Assembly: GCA_038231455.1 (NCBI GenBank)
Contig: JBBRLI010000029.1
Coordinates: forward strand, 1-38,985
DNA from: Vulcanimicrobiales bacterium
Lineage (GTDB): Bacteria; Vulcanimicrobiota; Vulcanimicrobiia; Vulcanimicrobiales; Vulcanimicrobiaceae
Length of the DNA: 38,985 bases
Direction: 5' to 3'
Shown here: positions 9,747 to 19,189 of the stretch, one piece after another
Layout: every line of letters starts with the position of its first letter
Position numbering within the stretch: position 1 is the stretch's first letter
Program-made: the position numbers and the translations under genes
The notes under the pieces: model-generated
Told to the model about the DNA's origin: nothing
The model's input: the letters and a program-made list of their open reading frames with translations, nothing else
Databases searched by the model: none

Positions 9747-9821
9747 TTCGGCAAATGCGTTCAACCGCCGCACGAGCGCTCCTGGCAGGGCCAACGAGCC
9801 GGAGCAAAAATCAGATTTTTG

Positions 9822-10802
9822 ATGACCTTGACGATGCAAACCGGTACGAGCCCCGTTGATACGCTCGATTTTGTCAAAGTAACGGAGGCCGCGGCACTGG
9901 CAGCTTCGCGTTGGATGGGGCGCGGCGAGCGAAACATCGCCGACGGCGCCGCGGTGGAGCAGATGCGCAACGCGCTCAACGCCATGCCGATCTCCGGCCG
10001 CATCGTTATCGGCGAAGGCGAACGCGATGAAGCCCCGATGCTCTATATCGGTGAAGAACTCGGCCAGGGCGGCTTTGCCGTCGATATCGCCGTCGACCCG
10101 GTCGAAGGCACCAACCTGGTTGCCAACGGCCTCCCAAATTCGATCGCCGTCATGGCGCTTGCGGATCGCGGCGGCCTGCTCCACGCGCCCGACTCCTATA
10201 TGCAGAAGCTGGCGGTCGGGCCCAAAGCCGCTCCGTTCGTGCATTTGGACGCCTCCGTTAAAGACAACCTCGAAGCCGTCGCAAACGCCCTCGATCGGCC
10301 GATCAACGACGTCACCGTCGTGATTCTCGAACGCGACCGTCATAAAGAGCTGATCGCCGAGGTGCGCGAAGCGGGCGCGCGGATCAAACTGATCTCCGAT
10401 GGGGATGTCGATGCCGCGATCGCAACGGCGGTCGATGGGACCGGCATTCACGTGGCGATGGGAACGGGCGGTGCCCCGGAAGGCGTCCTCGCAGCGGCAG
10501 CCCTCAAATGCCTCGGCGGCGGATTTTACGGGCGCCTCAAACCGCGCAGTGCCGAGGAAGCCGAACGTGCGAAGAAGATGGGTTTCGGCGACCTCAACCG
10601 GGTGCTCACGATGGACGATCTCGCCCACGGCGAGAATATCGTCTTCGTGGCCACCGGCATCACCGACGGCGACCTCGTCCGGGGCGTGCGCTTCTACGGC
10701 AACCACGCCAAAACGCACTCGATTCTGATCCACTCCGCAAGCGGAACCGTTCGCTTCATCGAAAGTGTCCATAGACTGGGAGCAAAGCCCAACCGGGCTT
10801 AA
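9822..10802 (+). CDS. glpX: Class II fructose-1,6-bisphosphatase
   Basis: VIGEGERDEAPMLYIGE, DIAVDPVEGT, LISDGDV, GGAPEGV, ATGITDG. Confidence 0.96.
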   Translation: MTLTMQTGTSPVDTLDFVKVTEAAALAASRWMGRGERNIADGAAVEQMRNALNAMPISGRIVIGEGERDEAPMLYIGEELGQGGFAVDIAVDPVEGTNLVANGLPNSIAVMALADRGGLLHAPDSYMQKLAVGPKAAPFVHLDASVKDNLEAVANALDRPINDVTVVILERDRHKELIAEVREAGARIKLISDGDVDAAIATAVDGTGIHVAMGTGGAPEGVLAAAALKCLGGGFYGRLKPRSAEEAERAKKMGFGDLNRVLTMDDLAHGENIVFVATGITDGDLVRGVRFYGNHAKTHSILIHSASGTVRFIESVHRLGAKPNRA

Positions 10803-10828
10803 TCGTTCGCCCCCCGCTGGAGCCCGCC

Positions 10829-12241
10829 ATCATTACCCCAACCCATACGTACGACATCGTCATCATCGGCGCGGGCTCCGGCGGTTATGCCGCCGGGCGC
10901 ACGGCGCGCGAACTCGGCGCCTCGGTTGCCTTTGTCGACGCCGGACCGCTCGGCGGTCTGTGCATTTTGCGCGGCTGTATGCCAAGCAAGACGCTTATCG
11001 CCACCGGCGATGCCGCATACCACATGCGCCATGCCGGCGAACTTGGCGTTCACGCGGAGAATGTCACGGTCGATTTTCCGGCGGTCATGGCACGCAAACG
11101 CGAGACGATTGCGGGCTTCGCGGATTATCGCATCGCGGGGATCGAAACGTTTCCCATCTACACGGGCACGGCACGATTCCTCACCGAGAACGATTTGGAA
11201 GTTGGCGCGGATATTCTTCGCGCGCGGACGTTCGTGATCGCAACGGGCAGCATCGTCGCACCACCGGCAGTGCCGGGTCTCGTCGATGCAGGTTACATCG
11301 ATAGCGATGACGCCCTCGATCTCGCCGAACCGCCAAAGTCGCTCGTCGTCCTCGGTGGCGGCTACATCGGCTCGGAGCTGGGGCAATTTTTTGCACGCAT
11401 CGGCGTGCCGGTAACGGTGTTGCTGCGCAGTCCGCATCTGCTCTCGGGTGAAGATGAAGATATCGGCTCGGGGCTGACAGAGTATTTCCGTGCCGAGGGT
11501 ATTCCCGTTGAAACACGAGCGGTGGTGCATCGCGTCAGCGTGGAAGACGGCATGAAAGTCGTTCATTACACGCAGAACGGTGAAGAAAAAACGCACCGCG
11601 CGCATGAAATTTTCTACGCGCTCGGCCGCACGCCAAACGTTGCCGGCTTGGATTTAGAGACGGCGGGTGTGCGCTACCATCCGATCGCGGGGATCGAGGT
11701 CGACGCGACGCTCCGCACATCAAATCCGACGATTTTCGCCGTCGGCGACGTGAACGGCCAGCATTTGCTCGTTCACGTTGCAATTCAGCAGGGTGAAGTC
11801 GCCGCGCGCAACGCGATCGCGAACGGCGATGAGAAGATCGATTACACGCTCTCGAAAACGCATACGGTTTTTACCGATCCGCAAGTCGCGGTGGTCGGCG
11901 AGACCGAAAAAGAATTGATCGCGAAGAAGATTCCGTATCTCAAGGCGAGCTATCCGTTTAACGATCACGGCAAGTCGATCGCAATCGGCCGCACGCAAGG
12001 CTTCGTCAAGATATTGGCCTCGCCGGATGACGGCAAGATTCTGGGCGCGGCGATCCTCGGACCTGAAGGGTCGGATCTCATTCACCTCATCATCGTTGCG
12101 ATGGCCTACAACGCAACGGTCTTCGAGTACATGAAGATTCCGCATCTCCACCCGACGCTCGCTGAAATCTGGACGTATCCCGCCGAAGAGATCGCCGAGC
12201 AAATCACCGCTGCAAGGCGCCCGCTCGCCGCGGCGCCCTAG
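10829..12241 (+). CDS. Class I pyridine nucleotide-disulfide oxidoreductase (Lpd/MerA/RclA-like); start codon appears non-canonical
   Basis: In-frame YDIVIIGAGSGG and GGLCILRGCMPSK begin upstream of the ORF-track TTG at 10967; GGGYIGSE, IFAVGD, HPTLAE. Candidate starts CTG 10817, ATC 10829, ATT 10832. Confidence 0.9.
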   Translation: MITPTHTYDIVIIGAGSGGYAAGRTARELGASVAFVDAGPLGGLCILRGCMPSKTLIATGDAAYHMRHAGELGVHAENVTVDFPAVMARKRETIAGFADYRIAGIETFPIYTGTARFLTENDLEVGADILRARTFVIATGSIVAPPAVPGLVDAGYIDSDDALDLAEPPKSLVVLGGGYIGSELGQFFARIGVPVTVLLRSPHLLSGEDEDIGSGLTEYFRAEGIPVETRAVVHRVSVEDGMKVVHYTQNGEEKTHRAHEIFYALGRTPNVAGLDLETAGVRYHPIAGIEVDATLRTSNPTIFAVGDVNGQHLLVHVAIQQGEVAARNAIANGDEKIDYTLSKTHTVFTDPQVAVVGETEKELIAKKIPYLKASYPFNDHGKSIAIGRTQGFVKILASPDDGKILGAAILGPEGSDLIHLIIVAMAYNATVFEYMKIPHLHPTLAEIWTYPAEEIAEQITAARRPLAAAP

Positions 12242-12246
12242 CCGCC

Positions 12247-13176
12247 ATGAGCACCGTGCGCGACGTCGCGGTCGTCCAGTTCAAGCCGCACAAAGGCGAT
12301 GTTCCGGCGAACCTCGCTACCTTGCGCGAAATTTTTGCGCAACTGTACGGCGAGGGTAAGCCCGACCTCATCGTTCTTCCCGAGGCGGCGCTCACGGGGT
12401 ATTTCGTCGAGGGCGGCGTGTACGATTTGGCGGTTACCGCGGACGAATTTGCGGACCGTATTGCAAGCACGTATCGCGAAGCGAACGGCGGCATGGCGCC
12501 GCTCGAATTCGTCTGCGGCTTTTACGAGAAAGACGGCGGTACGTTTTATAATAGCGCGATGTATCTTCGCCTGGGCGTAGGCGAACCCGAAATCGTGCAC
12601 GTGCATCGCAAGCTTTTCTTACCGACGTACGGCGTTTTTGACGAGCAGCGTTTTCTTACGCGCGGCCGCCGCATGAACGTGTTCCCGACGGCCTTTGGTG
12701 ATACGGCGCTGATGATTTGCGAGGATGCCTGGCATTCGCTCGTGCCGACCGTCGCTGCGCTTAAAGGCGCAAAATTGATGATCGTTCCGAGCGCTTCGCC
12801 CGGCCGTGGGCTCGGCGGCGACGGCGAGCTTGAATCAACGACGCGGTGGAAGACGCTGCTGGGCGCGATGGCCGCCGAACACGGCGTGTACGTGCTCTAC
12901 GCGGGGCTCACCGGATTTGAAGGCGGCAAAGGCATGTCGGGTTCGTCGTGCGCCTACGGTCCGCACGGCAACTTGCTCAATAGCGCGCCCGCACTCGAGG
13001 CGTGTATTTTCCGCGTGCGGCTCGATCCTGCGGAAATCGATATCGCGCGTTCGCGATTTCCCTTGCTTGGCGATTTGAACGAGGTGTTGCCGGACTTGCT
13101 GCTCGATGAGGAATTGCCCGTTCAGCGCGGCGTTCGCTTGACCAACGGGTCGATCAAAGGCGAGGTGGCGCCGTAA
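12247..13176 (+). CDS. Nitrilase-fold amidohydrolase, probable stand-alone glutaminase subunit of NAD synthetase
   Basis: E-K-C triad (LPEAAL, HRKLFLPTYGVFDEQRF, ICEDAW), SASP; stop overlaps the nadE start. Confidence 0.88.
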   Translation: MSTVRDVAVVQFKPHKGDVPANLATLREIFAQLYGEGKPDLIVLPEAALTGYFVEGGVYDLAVTADEFADRIASTYREANGGMAPLEFVCGFYEKDGGTFYNSAMYLRLGVGEPEIVHVHRKLFLPTYGVFDEQRFLTRGRRMNVFPTAFGDTALMICEDAWHSLVPTVAALKGAKLMIVPSASPGRGLGGDGELESTTRWKTLLGAMAAEHGVYVLYAGLTGFEGGKGMSGSSCAYGPHGNLLNSAPALEACIFRVRLDPAEIDIARSRFPLLGDLNEVLPDLLLDEELPVQRGVRLTNGSIKGEVAP

Positions 13177-14027
13177 TGCTGACCGTGTACGAAGAGCCGA
13201 ATCACGCACCGGCAGACGCGCTTGCGATCGATGGTGCCATGACGGCACGCTGGCTCGAAGCGTTCTTGCGCGATGAATTGATCGACCGCCGCAAGATCAC
13301 AAAGGCCGTGCTTGGACTCTCGGGCGGCATCGACTCGGCCGTTGTCGCGTATCTCTGCGCAAACGCGCTCGGTCCGAAGAACGTCACCGCGATCCGCATG
13401 CCGTACCGTTCGTCGTCACCCGCGAGCCTCTCCGATGCACAGCTCGTGATCGATGCGCTCGGCATCTCCTCGCTCACGATCGAGATTTCTGCTGCGGTCG
13501 ACGGCTATTTGCAGTTCGCGCCGGAAGCCGATGCCCGCCGGCGCGGTAATGTCATGGCGCGAACGCGCATGATCGCGCTGTTCGATCAATCCGAACGCCT
13601 GCGCGCACTCCCGATCGGTACCGGCAACAAAACCGAACGGCTGATGGGTTATTTCACCTGGCATGCCGATGATTCGCCGCCGCTCAACCCGATCGGCGAT
13701 CTCTTTAAAACACAGGTCTGGGCGCTCGCGCGCCATCTCGGCGTTCCGAGTGCCCTCATTGACAAACCGCCGAGCGCCGATCTTGAAGCCGACCAAACCG
13801 ACGAAGGGGATCTTGGCATTACGTATGCGCGTGCCGATGAAATTCTCTCGCTGATTCTGCTCGGTTATAACGATGCGCACATCGTCGCCCGCGGCTTCAC
13901 GCCGGGAGACGTGCGACTCGTGCGCCGCCGCGTCGACTCGACGCACTGGAAACGCCACTTGCCGACGACGGCCCTGGTTTCGGGCACCGCAATCAACGAG
14001 TTCTACTTGCGTCCGGTGGACTACTGA
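13176..14027 (+). CDS. nadE: NAD+ synthetase (synthetase domain only)
   Basis: GLSGGIDS, GNVMARTRM, GTGNKTE, PIGDLFKTQV, KPPSADL. Confidence 0.96.
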   Translation: MLTVYEEPNHAPADALAIDGAMTARWLEAFLRDELIDRRKITKAVLGLSGGIDSAVVAYLCANALGPKNVTAIRMPYRSSSPASLSDAQLVIDALGISSLTIEISAAVDGYLQFAPEADARRRGNVMARTRMIALFDQSERLRALPIGTGNKTERLMGYFTWHADDSPPLNPIGDLFKTQVWALARHLGVPSALIDKPPSADLEADQTDEGDLGITYARADEILSLILLGYNDAHIVARGFTPGDVRLVRRRVDSTHWKRHLPTTALVSGTAINEFYLRPVDY

Positions 14028-14671
14028 TGCGCGCATCGACAGCGCCGCGCATGGCTGAGGAAGTGTTGCCGCCGGCGTTCTATCCCGTCAGCTTGAATCT
14101 GGTCGGCCGCAAATGCGTCGTAATCGGCGCGGGCGACGATCGCGAGGCGGTCGAGAAAGATCACGCGCTGCGGGAAGTCGGCGCGGACGTCGTGTGGATC
14201 AAAGACTACGAGCATTTGCGCGATGAGGACGTCGCCGATGCGTATTTCGTCATTTCGACGCCGCAGGAAGAGCCGCTCGCAATGCGATTGCGCGCGCTTG
14301 CCGATACGCACAAATTTTTACTGTGCGCGATCGATCAACCAAAATACGGATTCGTCGCAATGGCGGCGATCGTCAAAGCCGGCCCGGCGCGCGTCGCAAT
14401 TTCCACCGGCGGCGTCTCGCCGCGGGTGGGCGGTAAATTGCGCGCCGCTCTGCAGGGCGCCTTCGATGAGACGTTCGAGCGGTTTCTCGATTGCCTCTCG
14501 AATCAGCGACGCCGCAACAAAGCGGTGCTCACGGAATCTGCGGACCGACGCGCGACGATGATGAAGGCCGCCGATGGATTCGAGGTGGCAATCTCGTTCA
14601 CGTATCCGGCGTGGTTCACTGAAGAACTCGAAGAATTCGCCCCCCGCGTTTTGCCCAAGAAAGAATCGTAG
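14027..14671 (+). CDS. Precorrin-2 dehydrogenase/sirohydrochlorin ferrochelatase-like (SirC/CysG N-terminal)
   Basis: FYPVSLNLVGRKCVVIGAG and VAISTGGVSPR motifs; divergent glycine loop. Confidence 0.78.
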   Translation: MRASTAPRMAEEVLPPAFYPVSLNLVGRKCVVIGAGDDREAVEKDHALREVGADVVWIKDYEHLRDEDVADAYFVISTPQEEPLAMRLRALADTHKFLLCAIDQPKYGFVAMAAIVKAGPARVAISTGGVSPRVGGKLRAALQGAFDETFERFLDCLSNQRRRNKAVLTESADRRATMMKAADGFEVAISFTYPAWFTEELEEFAPRVLPKKES

Positions 14672-14674
14672 CGC

Positions 14675-15955
14675 ATGGCCTCCGTCGAGATCATCACGAT
14701 CGGCACCGAGATTTTGCTCGGTCACCTGATCGACACCAACGCCGTACACATCGCACGCGAACTCGCGGACGCCGGCGTCGACGTGTATGCGAAGCACTCC
14801 GTCGGCGATAATACCGAACGCCTTGCCGCGATGCTCTCGGATACGCTTGCACGCGCCGACGGTGCGATTACGACCGGTGGCCTCGGACCGACCGTCGACG
14901 ATCTCACGAAAGATGCGGTCGCGCGGGCCGCGGGCGTGGGACTCGAGCTGCACGAGCCTTCGCTTCTCGCCCTCGAAGAGCGCTTCAAATATTTTGGCCG
15001 CACGATGTCAGAGAACAACCGCCGCCAAGCGATTTTACCGATCGGCTCGCACGTGCTGGAAAATCCGCATGGGACGGCGCCGGGTTTCGTTATCGTGCGC
15101 GCGGATGGAAAATTCATCGCGTGCATGCCGGGCGTCCCGCGCGAGATGAAACCGATGCTTGCCGAGCGTTTGATCCCGTGGCTGAAAGCACGCTATCAGC
15201 TGCGCAGTGCGATCTACACAAAAACGATTCGCACGGCAGGTTGGGGTGAGTCCGAGGTGGACCGGCGCATCGAAGATCTTTTCCGCTCGCAAGAGAATCC
15301 GAAGATCGCCGTGCTCGCGCATGAGGGCCGCGTCGATATTAAGGTAATGGCGAAAGCCGGCAGCCGCGAGGAAGCCGATGCGATGATCGCGCCCCTTGCT
15401 GCCGAATTGCGCAATCGCTTGGTCACCGGCATTTTTGGTGAGGATGCGGAGACGCTTCCCGGCGCAATCATCCGTGAGTGCGCGCGGCGCGGTCTGCATA
15501 TTGCAACCGGTGAGTCGTGCACGGGGGGCGCGATCGCCGATGCGCTCGTGAGCGTCCCCGGCGCATCTCAGGCCTTCCTCGGCGGTGTCGTCGCGTATGA
15601 CAACACGATCAAGACACAGTTCCTCGGCGTCGATGAGGCGCTTCTTGCGCGCGTCGGGGCGGTGAGCGAGGAAGTTGCCCGCGCGATGGCCGCGGGTGCG
15701 CGCGACCGGCTGGGAGCACAAATGGCGATTGCGACGACCGGCATCGCCGGTCCAGAGGGTGGGACAGATGAAAAGCCGGTTGGACTTGTGTGGTTTGGCC
15801 TTGCGAATCCCGACGGTTCGGTCGATACGAAAAGTATGACGTTTCCGGGAAATCGTGACGATGTGCGGCGCCGTGCGACGACGGCCGCTCTTTCTCTTGT
15901 CTGGCGCCGACTCGAGCGCGACATTTTGGCTCCCACGAGCGTTCACACTTCATGA
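14675..15955 (+). CDS. cinA: Competence/damage-inducible protein A (MoCF-like domain + PncC NMN deamidase)
   Basis: IGTEILLG..DTN, TTGGLGPTVDDLT, PGVPREM, ESCTGG, TGIAGPEGG..KPVGLV. Confidence 0.95.
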   Translation: MASVEIITIGTEILLGHLIDTNAVHIARELADAGVDVYAKHSVGDNTERLAAMLSDTLARADGAITTGGLGPTVDDLTKDAVARAAGVGLELHEPSLLALEERFKYFGRTMSENNRRQAILPIGSHVLENPHGTAPGFVIVRADGKFIACMPGVPREMKPMLAERLIPWLKARYQLRSAIYTKTIRTAGWGESEVDRRIEDLFRSQENPKIAVLAHEGRVDIKVMAKAGSREEADAMIAPLAAELRNRLVTGIFGEDAETLPGAIIRECARRGLHIATGESCTGGAIADALVSVPGASQAFLGGVVAYDNTIKTQFLGVDEALLARVGAVSEEVARAMAAGARDRLGAQMAIATTGIAGPEGGTDEKPVGLVWFGLANPDGSVDTKSMTFPGNRDDVRRRATTAALSLVWRRLERDILAPTSVHTS

Positions 15956-18171
15956 CGACGCCGCTTCCCGTTCGCGCATCGGCGCTTGCCCTTTCGCTTG
16001 CCTTGGTTGCCTGCGGTGGCGGTGGTGGATCGTCCAGTGGGGGCATCGGTGGTCCGCCGACCCCGACACCGACCCCGTTTTCCACGCCGACCCCGGTCTA
16101 CGCTCCGTGTTCGACCGGGAGCGCGTTCACCAAAACGGCGATTTCGACGAGCGGCCCACTGACATTGCCGAACCCGACGAAACTCTCGACCTTCACATTC
16201 AATTCGAATCCAACCGGAATTCCGGTGACGATCACGTTCCCGAACTCGACGGCCACACAGGGACTTGGACCGGCGCCCGTTGCAACGCAGCCGGCGGTCG
16301 CTCACACGGCGTACAACGTTACGTGGAACGGCAGTTCCGCGCCGTTCACCGTAGCGATCGACCAATCGCAAAACGGCGACCATTCGCTGATCTACAATCA
16401 GGCTAGCGACACGAACGGCACGATCAATCTCTCGACGATCGCAAGTGCCGCGCGCAGCACGCAGTCAACGACCGGCACGCGCTCAAAGCGGCCTGAGGAT
16501 CCGGGTCGTCCACTGCAACGCCAGGACGGTCGACCTTCGCTTTCGTCAAGCCGTCTTTTCGTGCGCTACGATACGACGGCCATTCGTGGTGCACACGCGC
16601 GTGTCGTGGCAAGCGAAGAAGCACTCGGGATGTCGGCGGCAACCGATATCGGCGACTTCGGCGGCGTGACCGTTCGTGAAGTGACGATCCCGCAAAGCGA
16701 AACGATTGCGGATGCGACGAACCGACTTCGTGGGCTTGCCGGTGTGAAGAGCGTGGAACGCGTCCACCTACGTTACGCATCGAGTTGCACGGGGCTGACA
16801 GCGAATAACCCGCACTTCCTGCCCGATCAGCAATGGGATATGTATCAAATTGGGGCGCCGAACGCGTGGGGCTATACCAAGGGCGATGCAATCACGATCG
16901 CGATCATCGACACGGGCATCGACAACAATTTGCCCCAACTCACGAGCAAGCTCAAGTTCGAAGAACAAGTCGTCGGCGGCGTCAAGACGACCGGTGGTCA
17001 AGTCGCGCAAGATACCAACGGTCATGGGACCAACGTCGCTGGTATTGCGCTCGCGCAAGTCAATGACGGGCTTGGATTCGCGGGCGTCGGCTACAACGTA
17101 CAACTGCAAGCGTATAAGATTTTTCCGAACGACTCGGCGACGGGCCCGGGCGACCCGCCCGGCGCAGACACCGGTGACGAGGCGACGGCAATTCGCGATG
17201 CGGTCGCAAATGGCGCCGACGTCATCAACTTGAGTCTTGGTTCACAGCAAGACACACGCAACACCGATGGTTCGACGGGCGTCGATATCGTCGAACATGA
17301 TGCGATCGAATATGCGATTTCGCAGGGAGTCGTGGTCGTTGCCGCAGCGGGTAATGAGGGCACGACCGGCGTCTCCAATCTGGACTATCCCGCGAACGAC
17401 GATAACGTGATCTCCGTCGGCGCGACTTCGCTGCGCGATAACAATACCGGGATCCCGTCCCCAGCGAACGTCGAGTACGTCACGTCGTACTCGAATGCCG
17501 CGCCCAATCTCAGCGTTGTCGCTCCGGGCGGCGATCCGACCAGTGGCAATGATTCCGACTATCTCCACTGGATCTTCAACCTCTCGACGACGACCGCGAC
17601 GAATCCGATCAATAAGTGCAAGAACAACGCGGACTGCAAAGCGCTCTTCGCCGGAACCTCACAGGCAACGCCGCATGTATCGGGCACGATCGCCCTCATG
17701 CTCGCCGCGGCGGGCGGACGCAAGTCGCTCACGGTCGGTCAGATCACGCAACTGATCCAGTCGACCGCCGACAACATTAACGATCCAAAACAAGGTCACG
17801 GACGCATCAACGCCTACCGCGCGATTGCAGCGGCTGCCGGAGACACGCAGCCGCCCGCGTACGTGCCCAACGCAAATCAGTTCGTTGCATTCGCGTACAC
17901 GAATTCCGGCGGCGCTGCGCCGACGGTTGTGAATTTGGACTATCCGCGTGGCGTTCCGGTGACCTCGAACGGACTCTTCCGGGTCGCCGATGTGCCGCCG
18001 TCGATCGGCAGCTTCAAGATCGGCGTCTGGTACGACAGCAACGGCGACGGTACGATCGACGGCGGAGACTTATTCGGTTCCGTTCAGACGACGTGCAGTT
18101 CGCAAGCGAACGTCTGCGGTTCCCCGCAGATCAACGTCGCTCGCGTCGGCTCGGGCTTTACGCTTCCGTAG
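15952..18171 (+). CDS. S8 subtilisin-family serine peptidase, lipoprotein
   Basis: Lipobox LVAC, PT-rich linker, catalytic IIDTG / HGTNVAG / GTSQATP, oxyanion AAAGN, C-terminal DSNGDG motif. Confidence 0.93.
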   Translation: MTTPLPVRASALALSLALVACGGGGGSSSGGIGGPPTPTPTPFSTPTPVYAPCSTGSAFTKTAISTSGPLTLPNPTKLSTFTFNSNPTGIPVTITFPNSTATQGLGPAPVATQPAVAHTAYNVTWNGSSAPFTVAIDQSQNGDHSLIYNQASDTNGTINLSTIASAARSTQSTTGTRSKRPEDPGRPLQRQDGRPSLSSSRLFVRYDTTAIRGAHARVVASEEALGMSAATDIGDFGGVTVREVTIPQSETIADATNRLRGLAGVKSVERVHLRYASSCTGLTANNPHFLPDQQWDMYQIGAPNAWGYTKGDAITIAIIDTGIDNNLPQLTSKLKFEEQVVGGVKTTGGQVAQDTNGHGTNVAGIALAQVNDGLGFAGVGYNVQLQAYKIFPNDSATGPGDPPGADTGDEATAIRDAVANGADVINLSLGSQQDTRNTDGSTGVDIVEHDAIEYAISQGVVVVAAAGNEGTTGVSNLDYPANDDNVISVGATSLRDNNTGIPSPANVEYVTSYSNAAPNLSVVAPGGDPTSGNDSDYLHWIFNLSTTTATNPINKCKNNADCKALFAGTSQATPHVSGTIALMLAAAGGRKSLTVGQITQLIQSTADNINDPKQGHGRINAYRAIAAAAGDTQPPAYVPNANQFVAFAYTNSGGAAPTVVNLDYPRGVPVTSNGLFRVADVPPSIGSFKIGVWYDSNGDGTIDGGDLFGSVQTTCSSQANVCGSPQINVARVGSGFTLP

Positions 18172-19189
18172 CGTAGCCAATCGCCGTCAGCACGCGCATG
18201 GTCTCGAGCGATTCCGCGAAGCTCGGGACCGTGCTCTGCTTCGTCTCGATCTCGACGGCAAAGTCATCGAGTAACTCGAGGAACATCGGGATGTTGCCGT
18301 GGACGGGTTCGTAGCGCGCGTAGGTCGGCTCGACGACTTCGAGTTCGCTCTGTTCGTCGGGTTCGAGTAAGAAGAGACGCGATTCGATGAGGGTCTCGCC
18401 GTTGCCGATCGCCGCGCGCTGATCGCCGTGGACGCCCACGGTCGATGAACTGATGAGCATGGTGCCATCGACGCTTACGCGCGCGATGAGACCCTCGCCG
18501 TAGTCGATGAGCGCAAACGCACCGTCGTCGACCGTGCTTGTGAAGACGCCCTGCGCGTCACGGCGCGTCGGAATCGCGGTACGGATTCCGCCGGTGACGC
18601 GCAAGGGTTTGCGCCCCGCAAGCCATGATGCCGTATCGATGAGGTGCGAGCCGATTGCGCCCGCGATGCCGCCGCCGCGTTCGCGTTCGAACCACCAGCC
18701 GCGCGGTCGTTCGACCTCGGAGCCAAGCCACGTCGCAAACGCCGTCACTTCGATTTGCCGCAGCGTCCCGAGGTGACCGTTGACGATGAGTTCCTTGATC
18801 GCGCGCCGCACGGGGTTGTAGCGGAATTCGTGCGCGACGGCCGTCGCCGTTCCGGCGATCTTCGCGGCGGCGACCATCTCTTCGGCTTGCGCGACGGTGA
18901 GTGCGAAGGGCTTTTCGCAGAGGACGTGCTTGCCAAAGGCAAACGCCGCGATCGTCTGCTGGTGGTGGGCGAAGGGCGGTGAGGCGATCGAGACCACGTC
19001 GATGTCAACGCTTGCGAGCATCGCTTCGAGCGAGTTGAACGCATGCGGAATATCGCGTTGCTTTGCGACCTCGGCGGCATTTGTCGGCGATGCGATCGCG
19101 ACGACGTCAAATTTCGGATGGAGTTTATAGGCCGGAACGTGGACGTTTCCGCCAAAACTGCTGCCGACGACACCGACACGGTAGGTCAT
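18158..19189 (-). CDS. Gfo/Idh/MocA family oxidoreductase
   Basis: N-terminal Rossmann strand, HVLCEKPFA, EFRY, GGG...IGSHLID. Confidence 0.92.
   Translation of the reverse strand: MTYRVGVVGSSFGGNVHVPAYKLHPKFDVVAIASPTNAAEVAKQRDIPHAFNSLEAMLASVDIDVVSIASPPFAHHQQTIAAFAFGKHVLCEKPFALTVAQAEEMVAAAKIAGTATAVAHEFRYNPVRRAIKELIVNGHLGTLRQIEVTAFATWLGSEVERPRGWWFERERGGGIAGAIGSHLIDTASWLAGRKPLRVTGGIRTAIPTRRDAQGVFTSTVDDGAFALIDYGEGLIARVSVDGTMLISSSTVGVHGDQRAAIGNGETLIESRLFLLEPDEQSELEVVEPTYARYEPVHGNIPMFLELLDDFAVEIETKQSTVPSFAESLETMRVLTAIGYATEA

Noticed and set aside
9774-10772. N-terminal 330 aa of the 852-aa minus-strand ORF, suggesting a giant fusion
   Set aside because: Antisense shadow of glpX; mannosyltransferase-like sequence starts only near 9746-9773
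10829-12241. Mercuric reductase merA
   Set aside because: No C-terminal Cys pair and no mer genes nearby
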